From assembly GCF_003918875.1 (NCBI RefSeq), contig NW_025766936.1, positions 372,001-436,000 on the forward strand: 64,000 nt of DNA, in the 5' to 3' direction. Positions 1-13,530 of this stretch are shown in pieces. Every line of letters starts with the position of its first letter. Within the stretch, counting starts at the first letter, position 1. The notes below the pieces were generated by a model. The model saw only the letters and a list, made by a program, of their open reading frames with translations, was not told where the DNA came from and made no database searches. The position numbers and the translations under genes were made by a program. This DNA comes from Haliotis rubra. Lineage: Eukaryota.

Positions 1-358
1 TCTACCGGCTATACACCCAACTTGTTTCATTCACTCAACACACATGTGTTATCATTCATTGTACCCGCTCTACACCCAACTTGTTTCATTCACACAACAC
101 ACATATGTTATCATTCATTGTACCCGCTATACACCCAACTTGTTTCATTGACACAACACCATAGTGATATCTACAATCCCATGTACCCGTTATACAGCGG
201 AGTGCTCCAACCGTTCTCGCAACACCATAGGGATATCTACATTCCCATGTACCCGTTATACAGCTGAGTGCTACAACCATTCTCACAACATCATAGTGAT
301 ATCTACATTCCCATGTACCCGTTATACAGCGGAGTGCTACAACCGTTCTCACAACACC
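1..358. repeat. Two adjacent related tandem arrays (about 59-bp unit, then 66-bp unit)
   Basis: tacccgctatacacccaacttg recurs at 62 and 121; tacccgttatacagc recurs at 184, 250 and 316. Confidence 0.9.
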
Positions 359-944
359 TCCGAGGCTGTGATATGGAGCCACGGTGCAGATTACTGTATG
401 GGATGAAATGATGACGTAGGGTGAGAGTTGGTAACCCTGGGTTGAGACGCTGGAGTGAAGGTCAAGGTGATATTGATGTTACTATACGCGAGGTGTCATC
501 AATGTAACGTCTATCATCCTGCTGCTCGGCGAGTGCTTCAACCAGCAGCCCTGTACGCTTGATGTATGCTTCAAGTATCCAGATTTATTCTGAGTGCATA
601 TTGTCTTTTTAAATCGACAGAATCCACTCATATTTCACTCGTGTGTGGAGAGAACAGAACAAAACTGTAACAGACCCCATTAGCCTCAAAGAATTATACG
701 CGTAATAAATTGTAAAAATTCTATCGTTTTTGTTAAGAGGTGAAATATATTCAAAGTTGAATACTTTAAAAGACTATGCCACATTGCTGTGTGAGGAGAT
801 CCTCATGTGATTCATGAGAACATTTCTATTTCTTTGGCATTGGGGATGTAAGTATTGGTCGGCTTTAAAGTCTGATTGAGTTGGAAAACTAGGAACAATC
901 TAGAATGGTCTGAAACTCATTAATCTGTTTAGTGCTCAGCGACG

Positions 945-3900
945 GCCGTGTTGCTGCCAACCAACAACAGCCACATTGTTGACTCCAGCATGGGGGCAGA
1001 GTCTCAGCCGTGTTTCTGCCAACCAACAACAGCTACATTGTTGACTCCATCATGGGGGCAGAGTCTCAGCCGTGTTTCTGCCAACCAACAACAGCTACAT
1101 TGTTGACTCCATCATGGGGGTAGAGACTCAGTCGTATTGCTGCCAACCAACAACAGCTACATTGTTGACTCCATCATGGGGGTAGAGACTCAGTCGTATT
1201 GCTGCCAACCAACAACAGCTACATTGTTGATTCCATCATGGGGGTAGATTCTCAGCCGTGTTTCTGCCAACCAACAACAGCTACATTGTTGATTCCATCA
1301 TGGGGGTAGAGTCTCAGCCGTGTTGCTGCCAACCAACAACAGCTACATTGTTGACTCCATCATGGGGGTAGAGACTCAGTCGTATTGCTGCCAACCAACA
1401 ACAGCTACGTTGTTGACTCCAGCATGGGGGTAGATTCTCAGCCGTGTTTCTGCCAACCAACAACAGCTACATTGTTGACTCCATCATGGGGGTGGAGTCT
1501 CAGCCGTGTTGCTGCCAACCAACAACAGCTACATTGTTGACTCCATCATGGGGGTAGAGTCTCAGCCGTGTTGCTGCCAACCAACAACAGCTACATTGTT
1601 GACTCCATCATGGGGGTAGAGTCTCAGCCGTATTGCTGCCAACCAACAACAGCTACATTGTTGACTCCATCATGGGGGTAGAGTCTCAGCCGTGTTGCTG
1701 CCAACCAACAACAGCTACATTGTTGATTCCATCATGGGGGTAGATTCTCAGCCGTGTTTCTGCCAACCAACAACAGCTACATTGTTGATTCCATCATGGG
1801 GGTAGAGTCTCAGCCGTGTTGCTGCCAACCAACAACAGCTACATTGTTGACTCCATCATGGGGGTAGAGACTCAGTCGTATTGCTGCCAACCAACAACAG
1901 CTACGTTGTTGACTCCAGCATGGGGGTAGATTCTCAGCCGTGTTTCTGCCAACCAACAACAGCTACATTGTTGACTCCATCATGGGGGTAGAGTCTCAGC
2001 CGTGTTGCTGCCAACCAACAACAGCTACATTGTTGACTCCATCATGGGGGTAGAGTCTTAGCCGTGTTGCTGCCAACCAACAACAGCTACATTGTTGACT
2101 CCATCATTGGGGTAGAGTCTTAGCCGTGTTGCTGCCAACCAACAACAGCTACATTGTTGACTCCATCATGGGGGTAGAGTCTCAGCCGTGTTTCTGCCAA
2201 CCAACAACAGCTACATTGTTGACTCCATCATGGGGGTAGAGTCTCAGCCGTGTTGCTGCCAACCAACAACAGCTACATTGTTGACTCCATCATGGGGGTA
2301 GAGTCTTAGCCGTGTTGCTGCCAACCAACAACAGCTACATTGTTGACTCCATCATGGGGTAGAGTCTCAGCCGTGTTGCTGCCAACCAACAACAGCTACA
2401 TTGTTGACTCCATCATGGGGGTAGAGTCTCAGCCGTGTTGCTGCCAACCAACAACAGCTACATTGTTGACTCCATCATGGGGGTAGAGTCTCAGCCGTGT
2501 TGCTGCCAACCATTAACAGCTACATTGTTGACTCCATCATGGGGGTAGAGTCTCAGCCGTGTTTCTGCCAACCAACAACAGCTACATTGTTGACTCCATC
2601 ATGGGGTAGAGTCTCAGCCGTGTTGCTGCCAACCAACAACAGCTACATTGTTGACTCCATCATGGGGTGGAGTCTCAGCCGTGTTGCTGCCAACCAACAA
2701 CAGCTACATTGTTGACTCCATCATGGGGGTAGAGTCTCAGCCGTGTTGCTGCCAACCAACAACAGCTACATTGTTGACTCCATCATGGGGGTAGAGTCTC
2801 AGCCGTATTGCTGCCAACCAACAACAGCTACATTGTTGACTCCATCATGGGGTAGAGTCTCAGCCGTGTTGCTGCCAACCAACAACAGCTACATTGTTGA
2901 TTCCATCATGGGGTAGATTCTCAGCCGTGTTTCTGCCAACCAACAACAGCTACATTGTTGATTCCATCATGGGGTAGAGTCTCAGCCGTGTTGCTGCCAA
3001 CCAACAACAGCTACATTGTTGACTCCATCATGGGGGTAGAGACTCAGTCGTATTGCTGCCAACCAACAACAGCTACGTTGTTGACTCCAGCATGGGGGTA
3101 GATTCTCAGCCGTGTTTCTGCCAACCAACAACAGCTACATTGTTGACTCCATCATGGGGGTAGAGTCTCAGCCGTGTTGCTGCCAACCAACAACAGCTAC
3201 ATTGTTGACTCCATCATGGGGGTAGAGTCTCAGCCGTGTTGCTGCCAACCAACAACAGCTACATTGTTGACTCCATCATTGGGGTAGAGTCTTAGCCGTG
3301 TTGCTGCCAACCAACAACAGCTACATTGTTGACTCCATCATGGGGGTAGAGTCTCAGCCGTGTTTCTGCCAACCAACAACAGCTACATTGTTGACTCCAT
3401 CATGGGGTAGAGTCTCAGCCGTGTTGCTGCCAACCAACAACAGCTACATTGTTGACTCCATCATGGGGTAGAGTCTTAGCCGTGTTGCTGCCAACCAACA
3501 ACAGCTACATTGTTGACTCCATCATGGGGGTAGAGTCTTAGCCGTGTTGCTGCCAACCAACAACAGCTACATTGTTGACTCCATCATGGGGGTAGAGTCT
3601 CAGCCGTGTTGCTGCCAACCAACAACAGCTACATTGTTGACTCCATCATGGGGGTAGAGTCTCAGCCGTGTTGCTGCCAACCATTAACAGCTACATTGTT
3701 GACTCCATCATGGGGGTAGAGTCTCAGCCGTGTTTCTGCCAACCAACAACAGCTACATTGTTGACTCCATCATGGGGGTAGAGTCTTAGCCGTGTTGCTG
3801 CCAACCAACAACAGCTACATTGTTGACTCCATCATGGGGGTAGAGTCTCAGCCGTGTTTCTGCCAACCAACAACAGCTACATTGTTGACTCCATCATGGG

Positions 3901-4718
3901 GGTAGAGTCTTAGCCGTGTTGCTGCCAACCAACAACAGCTACATTGTTGACTCCATCATGGGGGTAGAGACTCAGCCGTGTTGCTGCCAACCAACAACAG
4001 CTACATTGTTGACTCCATCATGGGGGTAGAGTCTCAGCCGTGTTTCTGCCAACCAACAACAGCTACATTGTTGACTCCATCATGGGGGTAGAGTCTTAGC
4101 CGTGTTGCTGCCAACCAACAACAGCTACATTGTTGACTCCATCATGGGGTAGAGTCTCAGCCGTGTTGCTGCCAACCAACAACAGCTGCATTGTTGACTC
4201 CATCATGGGGTAGAGTCTTAGCCGTGTTGCTGCCAACCAACAACAGCCAACACATTGTTGACTCCATCATGGGGTAGAGTCTCAGCCGTGTTTCTGCCAA
4301 CCAACAACAGCTACATTGTTGACTCCATCATGGGGTAGAGTCTTAGCCGTGTTGCTGCCAACCAACAACAGCTACATTGTTGACTCCATCATGGGGGTAG
4401 AGTCTCAGCCGTGTTGCTGCCAACCAACAACAGCTACATTGTTGACTCCATCATGGGGGTAGAGTCTTAGCCGTGTTGCTGCCAACCAACAACAGCTACA
4501 TTGTTGACTCCATCATGGGGGTAGAGTCTTAGCCGTGTTGCTGCCAACCAACAACAGCTACATTGTTGACTCCATCATGGGGGTAGAGTCTCAGCCGTGT
4601 TGCTGCCAACCAACAACAGCTACATTGTTGACTCCATCATGGGGGTAGAGTCTTAGCCGTGTTGCTGCCAACCAACAACAGCTACATTGTTGACTCCATC
4701 ATGGGGGTAGAGTCTCAG
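945..4718. repeat. 62-bp minisatellite, about 61 copies, with higher-order duplications
   Basis: Unit cagccgtgttgctgccaaccaacaacagctacattgttgactccatcatgggggtagagtct; period 62 (e.g. 1501 and 1563). Confidence 0.98.
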
Positions 4719-5664
4719 GGTGTTTCATTAGTTAGCTATATGCAAGCTGCGCTCCGTGTCAGACGAAGAAACAAGGAAATAGCAGCGATGAGCCCGACTG
4801 TGTCTCCCACTGACTTCCCACCATTGGAAGGAAATGAGAAGCGATTCTTTAAATTGACCCTAAATGTGTTTTTGCTCATGTGGCGCGGCTTGCCACGCCT
4901 TCAGACGTGTTCAAACAGATAACACCTCTCCATTTACTCTTTATACCATTGAGTTAATGAGGTAATTAATGACATTATAAAGTCCGTGTACAACGATGTA
5001 AAAACAACAAAACGACAAAAAACATTTCTCTTATCGAAAGACATCTCAGCTGAAGGTGGAGTCTATTGTAAGATGACGACTTTCATACGCAGGTGTTCAT
5101 TGTCAGTGACCAGGTGGTCGTCAATAGGTGAGCTCTGCCGGCGGATCAGTTGCTAACCTGAATAAAACAGGGGAACATATGGCACAAGTGTATCAATTGC
5201 ATGTATCATTTGTATCTGATCTGTCATATTTGAAAGTTACCAGCTGGAAAGTTGAGGTCACCCCTCGTGTCAGGCAACCCTTGAAGATTTGGTTGTCAGT
5301 CTCACTGTTGTGCAGTGCTGTAAACAAAACCTAAAGCAGAAATTTGGCAGCATCTTTCAGCTGATGTCCTTTAGACCAATTAATGTAGTGAAGATTACAT
5401 GTTATGTTATTGAAGGCCTTGTCAGTGGGGACAACGCTGGTCGTGGAAGAGTTGGACGCTTGACTGTATCTGACACAGGGCCCTTCCACAAATTGCGCTT
5501 CAACCCTCCACCCTTGCCCTATAGCGCATAAGACAAGCCACCTATGATTATTGAAGCTTCATGTTAGAAGCACATCTAGAGAAACTGACTTTGTTTTGTC
5601 TTAGAATGTTATGTGCAGTTAAGACAACAAGCTCCTATGTTTGCAAATTACAAACAGCAGCAAT

Positions 5665-6411
5665 ACTATTGAAGGACAGAAGCAGGTAGGTCTGTTTACA
5701 GTAAACTATGGAAGGACAGAAGCAGGTAGGTCTGTTTACAGTAAACTATTGAAGGACAGAAGCAGGTAGGTCTGTTTACAGTAAACTATTGAAGGACAGA
5801 AGCAGGTAGGTCTGTTTACAGTAAACTATTGAAGGACAGAAGCAGGTAGGTCTGTTTATAGTAAACTATTGAAGGACAGAACCAGGTAGGTCTGTTTACA
5901 GTAAACTATTGAAGGACAGAACCAGGTAGGTCTGTTTACAGTATACTATGGAAGGACAGAACCAGGTAGGTCTGTTTACAATATACTATTGAAGGACAGA
6001 ACCAAATAGGTCTGTTTACAGTATACTATGGAATATCAGAACCAGGTAGGTCTGTTTACAGTTTACTAGGGAAGGACAGAACCAGGTAGGTATGTTTACA
6101 GTATACTATGGAAGGGCAGAAGCAGGTAGGTCTGTTTACAGTATACTAGGGAAGCAGGTAGGTCTGTTTGCAGTATACTAGGGAAGGACAGAACCAGGTA
6201 GGTCTGTTTACAGTATACTATGGAAGGGCAGAACCAGGTAGGTCTGTTTACAGTATACTAGGGAAGGACAGAAGCAGGTATGTCTGTTTACAGTATACTA
6301 GGGAAGGATAGAAGCAGGTAGGTCTGTTTACAGTATACTAGGGAAGGATAGAAGCAGGTAGGTCTGTTTACAGTATACTATGGAAGGACAGAACCAGGTA
6401 GGTCTGTTTAC
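5665..6411. repeat. 40-bp minisatellite, about 18 copies
   Basis: Unit gaaggacagaagcaggtaggtctgtttacagtaaactatt; variants drift along the array. Confidence 0.97.
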
Positions 6412-6538
6412 CACTGAAACCAGCGGTTTGCTACTGACAAACCTGGAAACACAACTGGGCGATTGGGATTCAAACCCACTGTCAGTGGTCCAGGCGACGT
6501 GAATACCAGTACCTTGACAACAGGGCCACCCACCGCCT
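6411..6538 (-). mobile_element. Degenerate tRNA-derived SINE 5' part (third SINE family), cut off by the 40-bp array
   Basis: Minus strand reads ggcggtgggtggccctgttgtcaagg...gggtttgaatccc (A/B-box-like) then gtttgtcagtagc...cagtggt, a SINE-body-like segment. Confidence 0.4.
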
Positions 6539-7399
6539 GTGTTTAAGGACCGACACCGTCGTTTATGCTGTGACTACGTATACATCAATATTGTAGAGCA
6601 GTACACAACAGCCAATGATCTTGTGTCAACCATCATACAGAGGAGGGTTGAGTTTCAGTATTGGTACGTCAGTAGACACAACTTTATCATTTCAGCGGTG
6701 GCCTCTCTATGCTGGCGGAACCCTGTCGATAATTTCTACTGTGTCTCTCCAACCTAAATCAATCTACAGCGGGTACGTTCAATGTCTAGATGCCGTTCAT
6801 AGTTTGTGTGGCAATACAGGTTTACAAACTATTTCATTTTCTGAAACTAAAACAATTAGTCAATGTAAAGTAAGTAAAGCAATTAATATCTGGAGTACAT
6901 CACTGTATGAACGCCAGATCATAAGTAACAGAGACCTTACTACTTGAATCTTCCTGTTATCACTGCATTGTGCAATGTGACTTTGCCTGTTTGTGTATAC
7001 CAGAAAAACACCAACACATAATGAACGTAATAACGCAACATGTTATTGCCGGGTTTATAAACATTCAGGGCAGTAAATCTGTGTCTAGAAAAAACCTACC
7101 TGGAACTGAGTAAGGTTAAGTAATAGTGAGATATTATGACTGGGATAAAGCATATGAGGGATAACTGTCATGTTACTGTTTGGGACTTTATACAAAGGGA
7201 TTTTTCTTACCAACAGAACACAAATGAGACCTCACTCCTACCATAACATCGCATTGAACAGCACCCTCGAAAGCAATTCACCAAACAGCCAACTTTCATT
7301 TCCAGATGTCCTTATCTACAAGCTTGACCTGGCTACTAAACCTGAGGCACAATACTGACTATTACACATGCCCAGCCATCTCCCGCTGACGTGGTATTG

Positions 7400-7650
7400 C
7401 AAACGTGGATACCCTCGCCAATACTCAGAGCACTAGTTCAACCATGGTTCCCTGACCAGGTACTGCCACCGTGGCCACCCTCGCCAATACTCAGAGCAGT
7501 AGCCATGGTTACCGGGTCAACCGTGGCCATGCCAATACTCAGAGCACTAGTTCAACCATGGTTCCCTGACCGGGTACTGCCACCGTGGCCACCCTCGCCA
7601 ATACTCAGAGCACTAGTTCAACCATGGTTCTCTGACCAGGTATTGCCACC
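7400..7650. repeat. 66-bp tandem repeat, about 4 copies
   Basis: ccctcgccaatactcagagcactagttcaaccatggttccctgaccaggtactgccaccgtggcca repeated, one copy internally deleted. Confidence 0.9.
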
Positions 7651-8686
7651 AGGGCCATCCTCAACAAAATATCATTTGCTCAACACGTGAATCCCTCAAT
7701 CAAGAAATAGATCGCCTTAGACATGGTTCACAACATACATGATAGAGCAAGCCGGTCAGAACATTCGACAACCCCCAAGCACTCCAACACAGACACCTTG
7801 AAGTCCAACATGAAGCCCAGGAAAAGCCACAGCACAGCGACGAGGTACACTCTACCATATCACCTGCAGCTGTGAAGACCCTTACGAGAACACCACAGAT
7901 CAGCCCAAACACAAGATTCCAAATCCGCATCTCAGAACACATTTACCAAACTCCGGATCCATCGGATCAGCCCATCATACTTGCCTCCAGCCATCAGTAA
8001 AGCTACAGAGACTAGACAACCTTCCAAAGATTACTCCATCCCACCAACCATCATCCATCATCCATCAGCTTGAATCACACACTGTAACAACATCACCGCA
8101 TCATTGTTGCAGACCTCGTCTAAAACTTTCACTCATGGCGTCACTTGGGCACTAGTTAATAGTAAATTGGACTCCATAAGTCAACTCCACCTTTATTGTT
8201 ACAAGACTTTTCTACAGAAGAAGGAAGCAACTAAAAAATATTCAAAAAAGAATCTTGTATCCTCAGTGTTTCTGTGACGTGAGTCCTCATTATCCGGATC
8301 TGCCTCCGGAGCCTCGGGAGCCAGGGGTGATTCATGACGCATATCAATACCCTATGGATGATTTTGTCGTAATATATATACTATTTTGGAGTTGCACTCG
8401 TATGTGTGTCCGCCATTAAATGTTCCGATGTCATTTGGGTAATCAATAACCGGCCATCACAACACGAACGATGCTAATAGTAACTTATTTTACCGTTAGA
8501 TATTGACGTTTCCCAGAGTTCATCAGTAGTTCATAAACTACATCCTACACTGTATATATTCAACATTAGCATGAATGAATATGTGATTAAGTGCATCTGT
8601 ACTACTGTTTACATTCCTATGGTTTCACAAACTGAGAGAGCGCGAGTAGCCTTTTTCAAATTTAAGACACTTTTATAATCATACTA

Positions 8687-9873
8687 TACTGAGTCAAAAA
8701 AGAAACTTCACATTCTTTCTTCAGGGCACTATAAAAGAACAAGAGATGGTAAGATGGTTAAATTGTTATTATTTCATTGCTGAGATCTGTGTGATGTACT
8801 CGATACACTGACAGTGCCATAATCAGTTACATTAGGCTATAATTTCGTGTCAACATCGCGGTATGCGGCCGAGCATTATCATGCTGGAACTGTAGACCTG
8901 GGCCATGAGCCGCCATGAAAGGAACGAGTTCAGGGGTGAGCACCTGGTCGCGGTAAGCAGCAGCTGTGAGGTTTCCACGGAAGACCAGAAGTCGGGAACG
9001 GTTGTTCCCACAGAAAGCACCCCACACCATGCAACTTCCGCCCCCGAATCTGTCGACTTCCTGTACACAACATTGGGCATAGCGTTCACGACGTCGTCTC
9101 CAGACTGTATGCCTGCCGTCCACGAATCTGAGGGTAAACCTGGATTCACCGCTAAAGACGACTCGATTCCAGTCTCTCGGGTCCATCAGAGGTGACGTTG
9201 GGCCCACAGCAGACGTTGACGTTGATGAAACGGCGTCAATATTGGCCCACGATATGGACGTCGAGAATGGAGATTGGCAGCCCGCAACCGATTTTGAATG
9301 GTCTGAGAGGACCGTCGACCTCTTAACATCTCAGCCGTGGTTCGTGTAGCCGGCAGAAATCTGTCACATAGGTGACGTAGGACGATTTGACGGTCTTCTG
9401 CTCGTGACGTCACACGTGGACGACCCGACCTTGGGCGATCAGAAGTGGTGCCGGTTTGTTGTAGACGACCTCGCAAGTCATACACAGTACGACGGCTGCA
9501 TCCCATTGCTCTTGCGACGTCAATAACTGATCTTCCCGCTTGCAACATGCCAACGGCACGTTCACGTTGCACATTTGACAATCGTGGCATTTCAAGTACC
9601 GTTAGGACTGTGGTTTAAAATTGTTTTTTTCAATTCTTGAGGCCAATGCAAACACGTGCATATGCAGAAAACTTCGATGCGAAGATCACGTGATCGACTG
9701 CACGTGCAAAACCTGATTTGGCACTAACGTCATTTTCACGACGAATGGATGGGTTTGAGTGGGTTTTGCTAACGTTTTTCTAGAGTCGAAAGATAGGGAT
9801 CCCATTTCGGATACATAGATGTATCATCAGAGAAAAATTATTCATTATTTTTCAAATTACATTTTGTGAAGTT
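8687..9873 (-). mobile_element. Tc1-like DNA transposon, family A copy 1 (defective, internally deleted)
   Basis: TIR tactgagtcaaaaaagaaacttcaca preceded by TA at 8685; the other TIR is truncated at 9873; near-identical in reverse complement to 54374-55868. Confidence 0.95.
8827..9590 (-). pseudogene. Tc1-like transposase pseudogene
   Basis: MPRLSNVQRERAVGML HTH region, GRPRVT motif, WNRVVFSGES (first catalytic D changed to G), QHDNARPH; CGA>TGA stop plus frameshift near 9186; C-terminus with catalytic E deleted. Confidence 0.93.
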
Positions 9874-9964
9874 GTTTCCTGGTGAAACATACGCCTGACA
9901 TAACGAGATGACTGTTTTCCGTTCAAGTGAGTACTAATATGAAGAACAGAAAGATTTCAAAATT

Positions 9965-10850
9965 TATTCCTAAGTTCCTTGAAGGCAAGATTTGAGAGAA
10001 TGGGAAAGAAATTTAGACTGGAGTAAACAGTACAAAACTGAAACAGTTTTTACAGTCACTATAAAGCAGCCAAAGGCAAAGACCAAGCATGGATTCCAAT
10101 AAATGGTTTTGGAAACAGTTGTAGTACTTGGAAACTGCATACTGGAGGAACCATGGGTACGATTACTATGTTGAAATGCACATGACCAAATAAGTTGTTT
10201 ACACCCGGTTGCTTGAGAAAAGTAATTGAAAAGTCCAAATCTAATTTTACGGTTCTGCACCTCCCAAATAGGCATTGAGGTCGCTGGAATCTATTGACCA
10301 TCCGGGCCACGATCTACTCAAATCTTTATTAAATTGCTGGTCAGCTCAGCTTAAGAGGCATTCGCAGCGGTAATTTGTGACCTAAAAACCACTTAAACCT
10401 TTTTTGCTTATGAACGAAGAAAGTTATCATCCTGGACCACTTCAGCGGAGGTCCCCAACACCTCTTACTTACCTCCTTGAGGTGGATGACCTTGAACTTT
10501 TTCCCAAAGGAGAAGTGTAAAGTCCACTGCACATTGGTTTCATTCAGAAGGAGGCTCCTGGAAACGTCAACTAAGGAATATCTTAGATATGGCCGACTAT
10601 TTGCAATATGCCTGAGATGGTAAAAAGCAGTTGGGCAGATAGTGGTGATATGAACGTTCCCCCTCTGCTGTTAGTACTACGCCCATATCATCAGAAGGAC
10701 AATGCCAGCATTACTTTTGATGAGTTGACGTTTGGGGACTATCACAATATAAGTTGTTTCGTTCTGGTTTCAGGGCAAAAACTTTGGCAATACGATATCC
10801 AGCCACGCCCTGTTATCGCCAGCATGCTGTTGTTGATTGACTTCTTTCTT
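9965..10850 (-). mobile_element. Possible highly decayed DIRS-type (tyrosine recombinase) retroelement fragment
   Basis: Frameshifted minus-strand peptides in DIRS YR order: SGLY..WEKF, NFL, NYR..ANA.KL, DLS..ARMVNRFQRP, LDLDFSITFLKQP, then QSKFLSHSLK; by-eye similarity only. Confidence 0.3.
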
Positions 10851-10959
10851 GTCAACAACCTAGCGTTGAGATCCTGTACATAATGTAAACACTACTGTCC
10901 AGAACATGGAGGGATGTGCGGCCAAGAGATCGTGTTCAACAAGTGTCTTTAAGCTTTTG

Positions 10960-11312
10960 TCATCAGGATGTGCCTATTGAAGAGCTCTACTGTACATTCT
11001 GCAATTCCCCACAGGTTAAAGACGAAAAACATATTTTCTTTTCTTGTAAACAGTACCAACACTTCCGCGAAAAATATCTCATCGAACTTAGAAATGTATA
11101 TAAGGGCCCACTCTCACTCCATAATATTTTATGGTCTAAACACCCACGTATTATATACATTACTGCTATATTTATACACCAAATACTCTCTTGCAGGTAT
11201 AAAGCTACCATGTAGTTAATGAGAAAGACCACTGTCCATCTGTACCTTATATTATGTAACTGTATTATGGGCCATTAGGCCGACATTACAAAATAAACTT
11301 TGTCTGTCTGTT
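10960..11312 (+). mobile_element. LINE (L2/CR1 group) 3' end fragment
   Basis: CTFCN...DEKHIFFSCKQY..FREKYL C-terminal Cys/His motif of LINE ORF2, then ggcc...ggcc hairpin, aataaa and a tgtc tail. Confidence 0.75.
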
Positions 11313-11337
11313 TAAGCTGATATCAAAGATGTACACA

Positions 11338-11457
11338 CTTGGAATACGATGTCATGCTTCAGCCACTTCAGCACGTCTGAACACCAGATCAAGTTGTCGC
11401 CTCATACGACAAGCATGGGCTGCTGAAGATCAAATATAACCGGGATCTTCCCGGGTA
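11338..11457 (-). mobile_element. SINE family 2, 5' fragment
   Basis: gtcgcctcatacgacaagcatgggctgctgaagatc...ggatcttcccggg overlaps and continues the element at 13340-13530. Confidence 0.7.
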
Positions 11458-11473
11458 CATTGCAATTGCATGT

Positions 11474-11820
11474 CGGTGTGGTACATGTTTGTCGGTGTTT
11501 TGAGCGTGTCAGTCAGCGTGATACAGGTTTGTCCGTGTGGTACATGTTTGTTGGTGTTTTGAGCGTGTCAGTGTGATACAGGTTTGTCAGTGTGGTACAT
11601 GTCTGTCGGTGTTTGGAGCGTTTCAGCGTGATACGTGATACAGGTCAGTCCGTGGTACATGTCTGTCGGTGTTTGGAGCGTGTCAGCGTGATACAGGTTT
11701 GTCCGTGTGGTACATGTCTGTCGGTGTTTTGAGCGTGTCAGCGTGATACAGGTTTGTCCGTGTGGTACATGTCTGTCGGTGTTTGGAGCGTGTCAGTGTG
11801 ATACAGGTTTGTCTGTGTGG
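11474..11820. repeat. 55-bp minisatellite, about 6 copies
   Basis: Unit gtgtggtacatgtctgtcggtgtttggagcgtgtcagcgtgatacaggtttgtcc. Confidence 0.93.
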
Positions 11821-13334
11821 ATGCTGGAAGTCAGCATGACTGCTGTCCTCGCCGTTGATGCTGTATGTCGGCGTGGACGCCGTATCTTCCCTTCTGAATG
11901 TTCGTGTAACTTAATGACTTGGTAATGAATTTCAACATTCTGTCACCTTCAAGACGCACGGCGGAGCGAAGATTGACAAATTAATTTTGCGTGATATAAA
12001 TCTGTCGATATGATCAATAAGAACCTGACGCCCAGTTTACACCGCCGTGATAGCAGCAGGGCCGCACTCCACTGCTGAAGACAGAGGGTTCTGTTTCTAT
12101 TGGTTCATTCTACAGTCCTATTAGATGCTGATTTCGTCATGAGGCAAATCTTTAATCATCTTGAGTCTGTGGAATGAACCTATAATTGCGAGATTTGTTG
12201 TGAACCTGCTGGTTTCACAGACGAAGCAGGTTGTGAAGGCGAGTGAAGACCGAACCGCCTGCACGTGGTTATTAGCCTACGTTATAGTCGAGGAAATAGT
12301 GTCTAAATGTTCCTTCAAACAAATGCTTAGAATCTAAGTACTCATTCTACTGGCACCATACATGGTATTGGTATCCCATATCTCGCTGCAGACAATGGGG
12401 GCTGAATACCTCTCCGTGGACCGCTACTCTGTCTTTGTTCTAAGACCAGTCAAATCAAAGATACTATCGGTGTGTAAAACATTGATATCATGTAACCCAG
12501 GACCTATAGTGGTCGCAGGTTCAAGAACTCTATTTTCCTGATGCAATGTCTATGTATAATGTGACTTTCTGTTTCTTCAAGATCATTTGGGTATGAAATA
12601 GAAGATAACGTTCGATTTCTCTAGTTCAGTGTGGGTCGGAGCGTCAACCAGGTATAGGCCATTCTATCATGTATTTCCGTTCAAGCAAATTGGAGGTTAG
12701 CAACAGCATATGCCCCTAACTGCACTCAATGTGAAAAGCAATGTTTCCGTATAACGAGAGATGTGTTGTCACTTCAAAATATTGTTATACTGACCTTCCA
12801 GTCATGCTTGATATCCACTAGGTACGTACCGTCCTTTTGACACAAGTATATCTTTAAACCTTCATGTTTTGCAAGTCATCTCTGTCATGTTGACTTCGAA
12901 GGCCAGGTCACCAAGGCGGACAACTCATTTCAGCTGTAATCCCCAACAACTAATTATGCTTCCATAACTGGGAGGGAACTTCAAGGTGCAAAATATAATG
13001 TGATTTAATTCAAAAAGTGAGAATTTGGCAGCATTGTTTTCTTGTAGAAAGTTAAGCCTAAGGTTTGTGAAACACACACAGGAACAAATCTCCATATGTT
13101 TTAACGACACATTGTACGAAAGTGAAGATAATGCTCTGGGCTATAACGTAAACCTTCGCTCTTCTGGGACTGGGATATGATTCCCTTCAGTCCCACATCC
13201 ATGGCGGAGGCCTGGGATCCCTCTTACTGTTGTCATTACAGTTTATTTACCATATATAGATTCAACATTCTTGTCTATATAAGATCCATGCTTGTCAGTG
13301 GAAGGTATTTGTACAAAGTATGTGATGTGTGTGC

Positions 13335-13530
13335 TTTGGTTTGGTTGGTTGTTGTTTAACGCCGATCTCAGCAATATTCCAACCATATGTCGGCGGTCTG
13401 TAAATAATCGAGTCTGGACCTGACAATCCAGTGATCAACAGCATGAGCATCGATCTGCTCAACTGGGTTACGATGACATGTGTCAATCAAGTAAGCGTGC
13501 CTGATCAGCCGATCCCGTTAGTCGCCTCTT
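13335..13530 (-). mobile_element. SINE family 2, 5'-truncated copy
   Basis: Minus strand ends ggaatattgctgagatcggcgttaaacaacaaccaacc (simple-repeat tail); relatives at 11338 and 61010. Confidence 0.8.

Noticed and set aside
945-4718. CRISPR-like appearance of the palindromic repeats
   Set aside because: No unique spacers, no cas genes, and a eukaryotic context
7700-8100. Possible decayed CR1-type LINE 3' end
   Set aside because: Only two short motif-like peptides, too weak to call
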